From Escherichia phage HZ2R8, in sequence record NC_047923.1: a DNA stretch of 39,482 nucleotides; one strand, 5' to 3'. Below are positions 1 through 7,554 of the stretch, piece by piece. The translations under genes and the position numbers were made by a program. The first letter of the stretch is position 1; every line of letters begins with the position of its first letter. Under the pieces are notes generated by a model. It saw nothing but the letters and a program-made list of their open reading frames with translations, searched no databases and was not told the DNA's origin.

Positions 1-60
1 AATAACGTTTAAGGATGACACCTGATTGAGACCAAGGATGGTCTTTAATAAGGAGGAGAC

Positions 61-264
61 ATGCTGTCTTTGGACTTCAATAATGAGTTAGTCAAGGCTG
101 CACCTATTGTTGGCACAGGTGTGGCTGATGGCGCTGCGAGGCTTTTCTTTGGGCTGAGTCTTAATGAGTGGTTCTATGTTGCCGCTATCGCCTACACAGT
201 GGTTCAGATTGGTGCCAAGGTAGTCGATAAGATGATTGACTGGAAGAAAGCTAATAAGGAGTGA
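61..264 (+). CDS. 17.5: Holin (class II, T7 gp17.5-like)
   Basis: 67-aa ORF; translation near-identical to T7 gp17.5 as I recall it; SD TAAGGAGG upstream; hydrophobic core. Confidence 0.9.
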   Translation: MLSLDFNNELVKAAPIVGTGVADGAARLFFGLSLNEWFYVAAIAYTVVQIGAKVVDKMIDWKKANKE

Positions 265-269
265 TGTGT

Positions 270-539
270 ATGGAAAAAGATAAGAGCCTTATCACGTTCT
301 TAGAGATGTTGGACACTGCGATGGCACAGCGTATGCTCGCTGACCTTTCGGACCCTGAGCGTCGGACTCCACAGCTCTACAACGCCATCAACAAACTGTT
401 AGACCGACATAAGTTCCAGATTGGTAAGTTGCAGCCGGATGTTCACATCTTGGGCGGCCTTGCTGGTGCTCTTGAAGAGTACAAAGAGAAAGTCGGGGAT
501 AACGGTCTTACGGATGACGATATTTACACTTTACAGTGA
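270..539 (+). CDS. 18: Terminase small subunit (gp18-like)
   Basis: ORF track 261..539 starts at GTG; ATG at 270 gives MEKDKSLITFLEML..., matching the T7 gp18 N-terminus; SD AAGGAG 8 nt upstream. Confidence 0.85.
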   Translation: MEKDKSLITFLEMLDTAMAQRMLADLSDPERRTPQLYNAINKLLDRHKFQIGKLQPDVHILGGLAGALEEYKEKVGDNGLTDDDIYTLQ

Positions 540-545
540 TATACT

Positions 546-570
546 CAAGGCCACTACCTATAGTGGTCTT
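546..570 (+). promoter_or_regulatory. RNase III-type processing hairpin (R18.5-like)
   Basis: CAAGGCCACT...AGTGGTCTTC imperfect hairpin of the family repeated through the genome. Confidence 0.5.
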
Positions 571-633
571 CATGGATGTCATTGTCTATACGAGATGCTC
601 CTACGTGAAATCTGAAAGTTAACGGGAGGCATT

Positions 634-1080
634 ATGCTACAATTTTTACGTAAGCTGGTCCCTTGGGTTCTCGCTGGGATGCTATTCGGATGGGGATGGC
701 AACTTGGGGCAGACTCAATGGACGCCAAGTGGAAACAGGAGGTACAGAATGAGTACGTTAAGAGAGTTGAGGCTACAGCGAGCACTCAAAGAGCACTCAA
801 TGAAATATCGGCTAAGTATCAGGAAGACCTTGCCGCGCTGGAAGGGAGCACTGATAGGATTATTTCTGATTTGCGTAGCGACAATAAGCGGTTGCTCGTC
901 AGAGTCAAAACTACCGGAACCTCCGATGGTAAGTGTGGATTCGAGCCTGATGGTCGAGCCGAACTTGACGACCGAGATGCTAAACGTATTCTCGCAGTGA
1001 CCCAAAGAGGTGACGCGTGGATTCGCGCTCTACAGGATACCATACGTGAACTACAGCATAAGCAGGAGGTTAAACAATGA
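634..1080 (+). CDS. 18.5: i-spanin (Rz-like, gp18.5)
   Basis: 148-aa ORF with N-terminal TM segment; T7 gp18.5-like; GGGAGG SD. Confidence 0.85.
   Translation: MLQFLRKLVPWVLAGMLFGWGWQLGADSMDAKWKQEVQNEYVKRVEATASTQRALNEISAKYQEDLAALEGSTDRIISDLRSDNKRLLVRVKTTGTSDGKCGFEPDGRAELDDRDAKRILAVTQRGDAWIRALQDTIRELQHKQEVKQ
749..1000 (+). CDS. 18.7: o-spanin (Rz1-like, gp18.7), embedded in +1 frame inside 18.5
   Basis: Internal Met of ORF 704..1000 gives MSTLRELRL...ISGC (lipobox-like Cys) and a proline-rich tail; classic embedded Rz1 arrangement. Confidence 0.7.
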   Translation: MSTLRELRLQRALKEHSMKYRLSIRKTLPRWKGALIGLFLICVATISGCSSESKLPEPPMVSVDSSLMVEPNLTTEMLNVFSQ

Positions 1081-2849
1081 GGAAAGGTGTAGCCGCTCAG
1101 TCCAATCGTAATGCGCTCGTTGTGGCGCAACTAAAGGGTGACTTCGTGGCGTTCCTGTTCGTCTTATGGAAGGCGTTAAACCTTCCGGTGCCCACTAAGT
1201 GTCAAATTGATATGGCTAAGGTACTGGCGAATGGGGACAACAAGAAGTTCATCCTACAGGCTTTCCGTGGTATCGGGAAGTCGTTCATCACTTGTGCGTT
1301 CGTTGTGTGGTCCTTATGGCGGGACCCTCAGTTGAAGATACTTATCGTATCAGCTTCTAAAGAACGTGCAGACGCTAACTCCATATTCATCAAGAACATC
1401 ATTGACCTGCTGCCGTTTCTCAGTGAGTTGAAGCCGAGACCCGGACAGCGTGACTCTGTGATTAGTTTTGATGTTGGTCCTGCTAGTCCTGACCACTCGC
1501 CTAGTGTGAAATCAGTAGGTATCACTGGTCAGTTAACTGGTAGTCGTGCTGATATTATCATCGCGGATGACGTTGAGATTCCGTCTAACAGTGCTACTAT
1601 GGGTGCCCGTGAGAAGCTATGGACTCTCGTTCAGGAGTTCGCTGCATTACTTAAACCACTGCCTACTTCTCGTGTTATCTATCTTGGTACGCCTCAAACT
1701 GAGATGACTCTCTATAAGGAACTTGAAGATAACCGTGGGTACACCACTATCATCTGGCCTGCTCTATATCCAAGGACTCGTGAGGAGAATCTCTACTATG
1801 CCCAACGTCTGGCACCAATGCTCCGTGCTGAATACGAGGAGAATCCTGAGGCGCTGGCTGGCACTCCTACAGACCCTGTTCGATTCGATAGGGATGACCT
1901 ACGTGAACGTGAGTTGGAATACGGTAAGGCTGGCTTTACGTTGCAGTTCATGCTTAACCCGAACCTGAGTGATGCCGAGAAGTACCCTCTGAGGCTCCGT
2001 GACGCTATCGTAGCGGCCTTAGACTTAGAGAAGGCACCGATGCATTACCAATGGCTTCCGAACCGTCAGAACATCATTGAGGACCTTCCTAACGTGGGCC
2101 TTAAGGGTGATGACCTTCACACATACCATGAGTGCTCGAATAACTCTGGTCAGTATCAACAGAAGATTCTGGTCATTGACCCAAGTGGTCGTGGTAAGGA
2201 CGAAACAGGTTACGCTGTGCTGTACACCTTGAACGGTTACATCTACCTAATGGAAGCTGGTGGTTTCCGTGATGGCTACTCAGATAAGACCCTTGAGCTA
2301 CTCGCTAAGAAAGCTAAGCAATGGGGAGTCCAGACGGTTGTCTACGAGAGTAACTTCGGTGACGGTATGTTTGGTAAGGTATTCAGTCCTATCCTTCTTA
2401 AACACCACAACTGCGCTATGGAAGAGATTCGTGCTCGTGGTATGAAGGAGATGCGCATTTGTGATACCCTTGAGCCAGTCATGCAGACTCATCGCCTTGT
2501 CATTCGAGATGAGGTCATTAGGGCAGACTATCAGTCCGCTCGTGATGTAGACGGTAAGCATGACGTTAAGTATTCACTGTTCTACCAGATGACTCGTATC
2601 ACTCGCGAGAAAGGTGCTCTGGCACACGATGACCGATTGGATGCCCTTGCGTTAGGCGTTGAGTATCTCCGTGAGTCCATGCAGTTGGATTCCGTTAAGG
2701 TAGAAGGAGAGGTGCTTGCTGACTTCCTTGAGGAACACATGATGCGTCCTACGGTCTCTGCTACACATATCATTGAGATGTCTGTAGGAGGAGTTGATGT
2801 GTACTCTGAGGACGATGAGGGATACGGTACGTCTTTCATTGAGTGGTGA
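1077..2849 (+). CDS. 19: Terminase large subunit (gp19)
   Basis: 590-aa ORF, near-identical to T7 gp19 across its length; Walker A-like GIGKS. Confidence 0.95.
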   Translation: MRKGVAAQSNRNALVVAQLKGDFVAFLFVLWKALNLPVPTKCQIDMAKVLANGDNKKFILQAFRGIGKSFITCAFVVWSLWRDPQLKILIVSASKERADANSIFIKNIIDLLPFLSELKPRPGQRDSVISFDVGPASPDHSPSVKSVGITGQLTGSRADIIIADDVEIPSNSATMGAREKLWTLVQEFAALLKPLPTSRVIYLGTPQTEMTLYKELEDNRGYTTIIWPALYPRTREENLYYAQRLAPMLRAEYEENPEALAGTPTDPVRFDRDDLRERELEYGKAGFTLQFMLNPNLSDAEKYPLRLRDAIVAALDLEKAPMHYQWLPNRQNIIEDLPNVGLKGDDLHTYHECSNNSGQYQQKILVIDPSGRGKDETGYAVLYTLNGYIYLMEAGGFRDGYSDKTLELLAKKAKQWGVQTVVYESNFGDGMFGKVFSPILLKHHNCAMEEIRARGMKEMRICDTLEPVMQTHRLVIRDEVIRADYQSARDVDGKHDVKYSLFYQMTRITREKGALAHDDRLDALALGVEYLRESMQLDSVKVEGEVLADFLEEHMMRPTVSATHIIEMSVGGVDVYSEDDEGYGTSFIEW

Positions 2850-2886
2850 TTTATGAGGCCAAGGAAGGCCGCTTTAAGGAGGTAAT

Positions 2887-3330
2887 ATGATAAGCAAGAA
2901 GAAGTATGTTATCGATAAGGAGACTGGTTGCTGGAACTTTAGGGGATGTAAGACGAAGACTGGTTATGGTCGCATTCGTGTGAACGGAGTCCATTGGATG
3001 GCCCACAGGTATTCCCTGAGTTGTCATCTAGGCAGACCGATAGCTGACGGAATGGTTGTGATGCACCTATGTGATAATCCTTCATGTGTTAACCCTGAGC
3101 ACCTTAAGGAAGGGACTCAGAAGGAGAACATAGAGGACTGCATCTCAAAAGGTCGTGCAACTAAGGCCACAGGTAAACGTGATGCAACTAAGAGAGACCC
3201 TAGCGAGGAACGTAAGGCTATAGTGATTCGAAGATACCATAAAGGCTGGACCGCAACGTCCATAGCGAGATACCATAAGCTCTCTGTGGCGTGGGTAAAG
3301 AGGGTCATTGAGGATTACCTAAGTGATTGA
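2887..3330 (+). CDS. HNH endonuclease (HNH_3-type, putative homing endonuclease) with C-terminal HTH-like tail
   Basis: 147-aa ORF; motif VVMHLCDNPSCVNPEHL; clear paralog of the 22818..23210 ORF; AAGGAGG SD; sits between gene 19 and phiOR where I recall no gene in T7. Confidence 0.8.
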   Translation: MISKKKYVIDKETGCWNFRGCKTKTGYGRIRVNGVHWMAHRYSLSCHLGRPIADGMVVMHLCDNPSCVNPEHLKEGTQKENIEDCISKGRATKATGKRDATKRDPSEERKAIVIRRYHKGWTATSIARYHKLSVAWVKRVIEDYLSD

Positions 3331-3381
3331 TATTTGAAATTAGTGATACAGGTCTAAGTATATGATTACAGACCATTATTC

Positions 3382-3404
3382 TAATTCGACTCACTATAGG
3401 GAGA
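3382..3404 (+). promoter_or_regulatory. Phage RNAP promoter phiOR (variant TAATTCGACTCACTATAGGGAGA)
   Basis: 21/23 match to the T7 promoter consensus; upstream of gene 19.5. Confidence 0.75.
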
Positions 3405-3495
3405 AGCCTACCTAAAGATTACTATAAGACTTAAAGTTACCTATAAGGTAGGTTGTTATTATTGTTAATACAACCAACATAAAGGAGGGAGACTC

Positions 3496-3645
3496 ATGTT
3501 CCGCTTATTGTTGAACCTACTGCGGCATAGAGTCACCTATCGCTTTCTTGTGGTACTTTGTGCTGCCCTTGGGTACGCATCACTTAATGGACACCTCAGT
3601 TCACTGGAGTCTACCGTTTGCTCTTTACTCACTTGTAGTGATTAA
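3496..3645 (+). CDS. 19.5: gp19.5-like small protein
   Basis: 49-aa ORF (below ORF-track cutoff) MFRLLLNLLRHRVTYRFLVV...; AAGGAGGG SD; just downstream of phiOR. Confidence 0.6.
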   Translation: MFRLLLNLLRHRVTYRFLVVLCAALGYASLNGHLSSLESTVCSLLTCSD

Positions 3646-3884
3646 GGTCTTCCTGACCGACTGACGGCTCACCGAGGGATTCAGCGGTATGATTGCATCA
3701 CACCACTTCATCCCTATAGAGTCAAGTCCTAAGGTATACCCGTAAAGAGCCTCTAATGGTCTATCCTAAGGTCTATACCTAAAGATAGGCCATCCTATCA
3801 GTGTCACCTAAAGAGGGTCTCAGAGAGGGCCTAAGGAGTCCCTAGAGGGTCCTTTAAAATATACCATAAAAATCTGAGTGACTA

Positions 3885-4038
3885 TCTCACAGTGTACGGA
3901 CCCAAAGTTCCCCCATAGGGGTACCTAAAGCCCAGCCAATCACCTAAAGTCAACCTTCGGTTGACCTTGAGGGTTCCCTAGGGGTTGGGTTGACCCTTGG
4001 GTTTACCTTTGAGTGTCTCCTTGTCCCTATCTGTTCAG
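3885..4038. repeat. Genome terminal repeat region (single collapsed copy) = concatemer junction / physical genome ends
   Basis: Begins TCTCACAGTGTACGGACC..., which I recall as the T7 left terminus, and runs to ...CCCTATCTGTTCAG; boundaries are inferred by analogy to T7, not determined. Confidence 0.6.
4029..4035 (+). promoter_or_regulatory. Class II pause/termination signal for phage RNAP (ATCTGTT) at the concatemer junction
   Basis: ATCTGTT heptamer at the right edge of the terminal repeat; the functional role is established for T7, here inferred. Confidence 0.45.
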
Positions 4039-4210
4039 TCTCCTAAAGTCACCTCCTAAAGTCCATCATCAAGCCAACGCCTAAAGAATACCCTTAAAGA
4101 CCCATCGAGTCAATCCCTATCTTAAAGATATTCTAAAGACCATCCTAAAGACCATCCTAAAGCTGCCTTGTTGTTACCTATAAAGATATTGCCTTTAATC
4201 ATCGTTATCC

Positions 4211-4233
4211 TAATTCGACTCACTATAGAGAGA
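4211..4233 (+). promoter_or_regulatory. Phage RNAP promoter phiOL (TAATTCGACTCACTATAGAGAGA)
   Basis: Consensus-like 23-mer near the genome left end. Confidence 0.75.
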
Positions 4234-4292
4234 GATAAGACTACTTAAAGGGGCCAAAGAGAGATTACCCCAAAATAATTTAAAAAAGAGTA

Positions 4293-4321
4293 TTGACTTA
4301 AAGAGTCCTACCGGTTACTAT
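4293..4321 (+). promoter_or_regulatory. Host sigma70 early promoter A1-like
   Basis: TTGACT - 17 bp - TACTAT. Confidence 0.7.
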
Positions 4322-4420
4322 TCATCTCGTCAACGGGACAACGGCCTAAAAGCCACTCCCTGAGATACCGGGGTCAACCGGATAAGTAGACAGCCTGATA
4401 AGTCATACGAAAAACAGGCA

Positions 4421-4450
4421 TTGACAACACGCAGTAACATGCAGTAAGAT
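4421..4450 (+). promoter_or_regulatory. Host sigma70 early promoter A2-like
   Basis: TTGACA - 18 bp - TAAGAT. Confidence 0.7.
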
Positions 4451-4526
4451 ACACAGCGTCAACACGGTAGCACGGTGTCTTCTAGGTGACTCAAGCGCAC
4501 CACGGCACACAAAGCAAACAAAACGG

Positions 4527-4555
4527 TTGACAACATGCAGTAAACACGGTACGAT
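4527..4555 (+). promoter_or_regulatory. Host sigma70 early promoter A3-like
   Basis: TTGACA - 17 bp - TACGAT. Confidence 0.7.
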
Positions 4556-4673
4556 GTACCACAGGCAGTAAGGGCGTAGGGATAGGAACCGAGAAACCTG
4601 CCCGTGACCCGCCAAGGATAAGGCACTAGCCATGAGTCGAATTCGGTCACTCATCGCATAAAAGAATAACAGG

Positions 4674-4702
4674 TTGACAGCCTCCTTTAAAAGCTGTAAG
4701 AT
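4674..4702 (+). promoter_or_regulatory. Additional (fourth) host sigma70-type early promoter
   Basis: TTGACA - 17 bp - TAAGAT; lies in a ~147-bp segment bracketed by direct repeats GATGTACCAC (4553-4562 and 4700-4709). Confidence 0.55.
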
Positions 4703-4822
4703 GTACCACGAAATGACGGAACAGTGAGTCACCACACTGAAAGGTGATGCGGTCTAACGAAACCTGACCAAAGACGCTCTTTAACAATCTGGTAAACGGC
4801 TCTTGAGTGTACACACGTAGCG

Positions 4823-4858
4823 GATAACTCAAGGGTATCGCAAGGTGCCCTTTATGAT
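4823..4858 (+). promoter_or_regulatory. RNase III-type processing hairpin (R0.3-like) upstream of ocr
   Basis: ...ACTCAAGGGTATCGCAAGGTGCCCTTTATGAT... Confidence 0.5.
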
Positions 4859-4889
4859 ATCCACTAACAACACTATGAGGTAACACACA

Positions 4890-5252
4890 ATGGCTATGTC
4901 TAACATGACTTATAACAACGTTTTCGATCACGCTTACGAAATGCTGAAAGAAAACATCCGTTATGATGACATCCGTGACGCTGATGACCTGCACGATGCA
5001 GTGCATATGGCTGCTGATAATGCTGTTCCGCACTACTACAGCGACATTTTCAGCGTAATGGCAAGCGAGGGCATTGACCTTGAGTTTGAGGATTCTGGTC
5101 TGATGCCGGACACCAAGGACGTAATCCGTATCCTGCAAGCACGTATCTATGAGCAATTAACGATTGACCTTTGGGAAGATGCAGAAGACTTACTGAACGA
5201 GTATCTTGAGGAAGTCGAGGAGTCAGAAGAGTACGAGGAGGACGAAGAGTAA
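4890..5252 (+). CDS. 0.3: Ocr (gp0.3) DNA-mimic anti-restriction protein
   Basis: 120-aa highly acidic [25 protein letters not shown]... matching T7 Ocr; first gene after host promoters. Confidence 0.9.
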   Translation: MAMSNMTYNNVFDHAYEMLKENIRYDDIRDADDLHDAVHMAADNAVPHYYSDIFSVMASEGIDLEFEDSGLMPDTKDVIRILQARIYEQLTIDLWEDAEDLLNEYLEEVEESEEYEEDEE

Positions 5253-5407
5253 TGGCTAACAACACCACGCAATACGGTCTGACCGCTCAAACTGTACTGT
5301 TCTATAGCGACATGGTGCGCTGTGGTTTTGACTGGTCGCTCGCAATGGAACACCTTAAGGAACTGTACGAAAACAACAAGGCAATAGCCTTGGAGTCTGC
5401 TGAGTGA
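5252..5407 (+). CDS. 0.4: gp0.4-like (FtsZ inhibitor in T7)
   Basis: 51-aa [29 protein letters not shown]..., start overlaps the 0.3 stop; below ORF-track cutoff, hand-translated. Confidence 0.65.
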   Translation: MANNTTQYGLTAQTVLFYSDMVRCGFDWSLAMEHLKELYENNKAIALESAE

Positions 5408-5410
5408 TAG

Positions 5411-5445
5411 GCTCAAGGTCGCTCAATATGAGTGGCCTTTATGAT
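5411..5445 (+). promoter_or_regulatory. RNase III-type processing hairpin (R0.5-like), copy 1
   Basis: GCTCAAGGTCGCTCAATATGAGTGGCCTTTATGATTA. Confidence 0.55.
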
Positions 5446-5476
5446 TATCACTTTAACATGCAATAGGACTAACACC

Positions 5477-5677
5477 ATGAGTAAACTTCTGGCAACATCT
5501 AAAATCAAAGGTCAATGCACTGTAACACTGCGAGAGTATGATCACGGGGCAATGGGTAGCACCTACGTTGTGCGATACGGTAAACAAGTCACACATTGGG
5601 TGAACGAGGTTTTGGCGCAAGAAGAATACCAAGCCTGCGTGATACACCAAGCAACATGTGCAGGCTGGAATGACTGA
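5477..5677 (+). CDS. Hypothetical early protein (0.5 position)
   Basis: ORF track 5432..5677 starts at GTG inside a hairpin; ATG at 5477 more plausible; no recognisable motif. Confidence 0.4.
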   Translation: MSKLLATSKIKGQCTVTLREYDHGAMGSTYVVRYGKQVTHWVNEVLAQEEYQACVIHQATCAGWND

Positions 5678-5728
5678 TGGCGCTATTTGCACGCACTGGA
5701 TAATAGCCTTCTAGTCTACCCAGTGATA

Positions 5729-5765
5729 AACTCAAGGTCTCTCCTAGCGAGTGGCCTTTATGATT
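5729..5765 (+). promoter_or_regulatory. RNase III-type processing hairpin, copy 2 (duplicate of R0.5-like)
   Basis: AACTCAAGGTCTCTCCTAGCGAGTGGCCTTTATGATTA; same flanks as copy 1. Confidence 0.55.
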
Positions 5766-5788
5766 ATCATTCTGAAACAGGTGTACCT

Positions 5789-6232
5789 ATGTCACAACAA
5801 GCTAAAACTTGCATAGCGTGCGGTGAGTTCAAGCCGTTGACGCAATACTACAAGAATGCCTCATCCCTTGACGGTCACATTGGGACGTGTAAGGCATGCA
5901 AGGCCAAACAACAAAGGGAACGAAGGGCACGGAAAAGCAACGCAGAGAGATACACAAAGGAGGCAGCACGCCGCCGCACCAATCATCTGCGAGTAAACTA
6001 CGGGATAGAAGAGGAAACCTATCGCAAGATGTACGAAGAACAGAACGGGGTCTGTGCAATATGTAAGCACCCTGAGAGTATTGTGGGAAGGAGTCTCTGT
6101 GTGGACCATTCACACATTACGGGAGAAGTCCGTGGGCTTCTATGCTCCAATTGCAACAGAGGGATTGGCTTACTCAAGGACTCCCCAGAGTTGGTACGAA
6201 ACGCTTTTCACTACTTAACCGGTAAACTATAG
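5789..6232 (+). CDS. Endonuclease VII-like HNH nuclease (putative homing endonuclease)
   Basis: ATG at 5789 with AGGTG SD; motifs CxxC...CxxC, CVDHSH, GxVRGLLCSNCN typical of the phage endonuclease VII family. Confidence 0.75.
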   Translation: MSQQAKTCIACGEFKPLTQYYKNASSLDGHIGTCKACKAKQQRERRARKSNAERYTKEAARRRTNHLRVNYGIEEETYRKMYEEQNGVCAICKHPESIVGRSLCVDHSHITGEVRGLLCSNCNRGIGLLKDSPELVRNAFHYLTGKL

Positions 6233-6242
6233 GATGCACATT

Positions 6243-6377
6243 ATGAAACACTACGTTATGCCTATCCACACCAAGAACGGCGCTACAGTTTGCACACCTG
6301 ATGGCTTCGCAATGAAACAACGAATCGAACGCCTTAAGCGCGAACTACGCACCAATCGCAAGCTCAACAATATCTAA
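6243..6377 (+). CDS. 0.6: gp0.6-like small early protein
   Basis: 44-aa ORF MKHYVMPIHTKNGATVCTPDGFAMKQRIERLKREL..., resembling T7 gp0.6A as recalled. Confidence 0.5.
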   Translation: MKHYVMPIHTKNGATVCTPDGFAMKQRIERLKRELRTNRKLNNI

Positions 6378-6405
6378 TCACATTTAACACTGGAGAACGC
6401 ACAAA

Positions 6406-7485
6406 GTGAACGCTATCGACATCATGAACGCTATCGACGCAATCAAAGCACTGCCAATCTGTGAACTTGATAAGCGTCAAAGTATGCTCATTGATTTGCT
6501 GGTCGAAATGGTAAACAGCGAAACGTGTGACGGTGAGATAACCGAGTTGAATATGCCGCTCGAATGTCAATACTGGTGGACTACCTTAAAGTGCCTGACC
6601 GCTGACGCTGGCTTCACGATGCTCGGTAATGGTCACTTCTCCGCTGCATATAGTCACCCACTGCTGCCTAACAGAGTGATTAAGGTGGGCTTTAAGAAAG
6701 AGGATTCAGGCGCTGCGTATATCGCATTCTGCCGCATGTATCAGGGACGCGCTGGTATCCCTAACGTCTACGATGTTCAACGTCATGCAGGCTGTTACAC
6801 GGTGGTTCTCGATGCTCTGAATGACTGCGAACATTACGATAACGAGGATCATGTGAAGTATGCTACAATGGCAAGAGGCATTATTGATTATAACTCGGAT
6901 GTATATGACAAGCGTACTGGATGGGATGGGGAGTTCGTCGAGACGTGCAAGCTAATCCGCAAGTTCTTTGAGGGAATCGCATCGTTCGATATGCACAGCG
7001 GTAACATTATGTTCGACGATAATGATGTACCGTTCATTACTGACCCTGTGTCGTTCTCACAGAAGAAAGACGGTGGCGTGTTCAGCATGGACCCTGAGGA
7101 ACTCATCAAGGAAGTCGAGGAGGTCGCACGCCAGAAAGCAATAGACCGCGCCAAGGAGCGTAAAGCACGCCATGAGGGTCGCTTGCAAGCGCGTAGAGTC
7201 AAACGCATTAACCGTAAGGCACGTAAGGCACACCGCGCTAAGCGTGAAAGACTAACAGCACTATGGCGTATGAACGAGCGTCAAGAACGGCGTAACCATG
7301 AGGTAGCTGTAGATGCACTAGGAAGAACCAATAACGCTATGCTCTGGGTCAATATGCTCTCTGGGGGCTTTAAGGCGCTTGAGGAGCGAATCGCGCTGCG
7401 CTGGCGTAATGCTGACCGCATGGCTATCGCTAATGGTCTTCCGCTAAACATTGATAAGCAACTTGACGCAATGCTAATGGGCTGA
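6406..7485 (+). CDS. 0.7: Ser/Thr protein kinase and host shutoff protein (gp0.7)
   Basis: 359-aa ORF near-identical to T7 gp0.7; start is GTG at 6406 (alternative in-frame ATG at 6424). Confidence 0.9.
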   Translation: MNAIDIMNAIDAIKALPICELDKRQSMLIDLLVEMVNSETCDGEITELNMPLECQYWWTTLKCLTADAGFTMLGNGHFSAAYSHPLLPNRVIKVGFKKEDSGAAYIAFCRMYQGRAGIPNVYDVQRHAGCYTVVLDALNDCEHYDNEDHVKYATMARGIIDYNSDVYDKRTGWDGEFVETCKLIRKFFEGIASFDMHSGNIMFDDNDVPFITDPVSFSQKKDGGVFSMDPEELIKEVEEVARQKAIDRAKERKARHEGRLQARRVKRINRKARKAHRAKRERLTALWRMNERQERRNHEVAVDALGRTNNAMLWVNMLSGGFKALEERIALRWRNADRMAIANGLPLNIDKQLDAMLMG

Positions 7486-7497
7486 TAGTCTTATCTT

Positions 7498-7520
7498 ACA
7501 GGTCATCTGCGGGTGGCCTG
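7498..7520 (+). promoter_or_regulatory. RNase III-type hairpin (R1-like) upstream of gene 1
   Basis: CAGGTCATCTGCGGGTGGCCTG. Confidence 0.5.
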
Positions 7521-7554
7521 AATAGATACGATTCCTGACCGAAAGAGGTACAAA

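Larger units (their letters stand above)
3760..4160. repeat. Array of short CCTAAAG-type repeats flanking the terminal repeat
   Basis: Repeated ACCTAAAG / CCTAAAG / TCCTAAAG motifs on both sides of the terminal repeat (e.g. 3766, 3803, 3925, 3944, 4043, 4056, 4080, 4144, 4154). Confidence 0.7.

Noticed and set aside
1-60. 60-bp repeat at both window ends as a biological terminal repeat
   Set aside because: It spans the gene 17 stop and the gene 17.5 SD in mid-genome context, while the T7-type terminus sequence lies at ~3885. An assembly or circularisation overlap is the simpler explanation.
3760-4160. Short regularly recurring CCTAAAG repeats as a possible CRISPR array
   Set aside because: Repeats are 7-8 bp with irregular short spacers, far from CRISPR geometry (repeats of ~28-37 bp), and correspond to the known T7 end-region repeats.
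4632-4654. Palindrome CGAATTCG in the inserted promoter block as an operator or restriction-avoidance anomaly
   Set aside because: A single 8-bp palindrome can occur by chance and I cannot count site frequencies genome-wide without tools. Mentioned only as part of the insertion finding.
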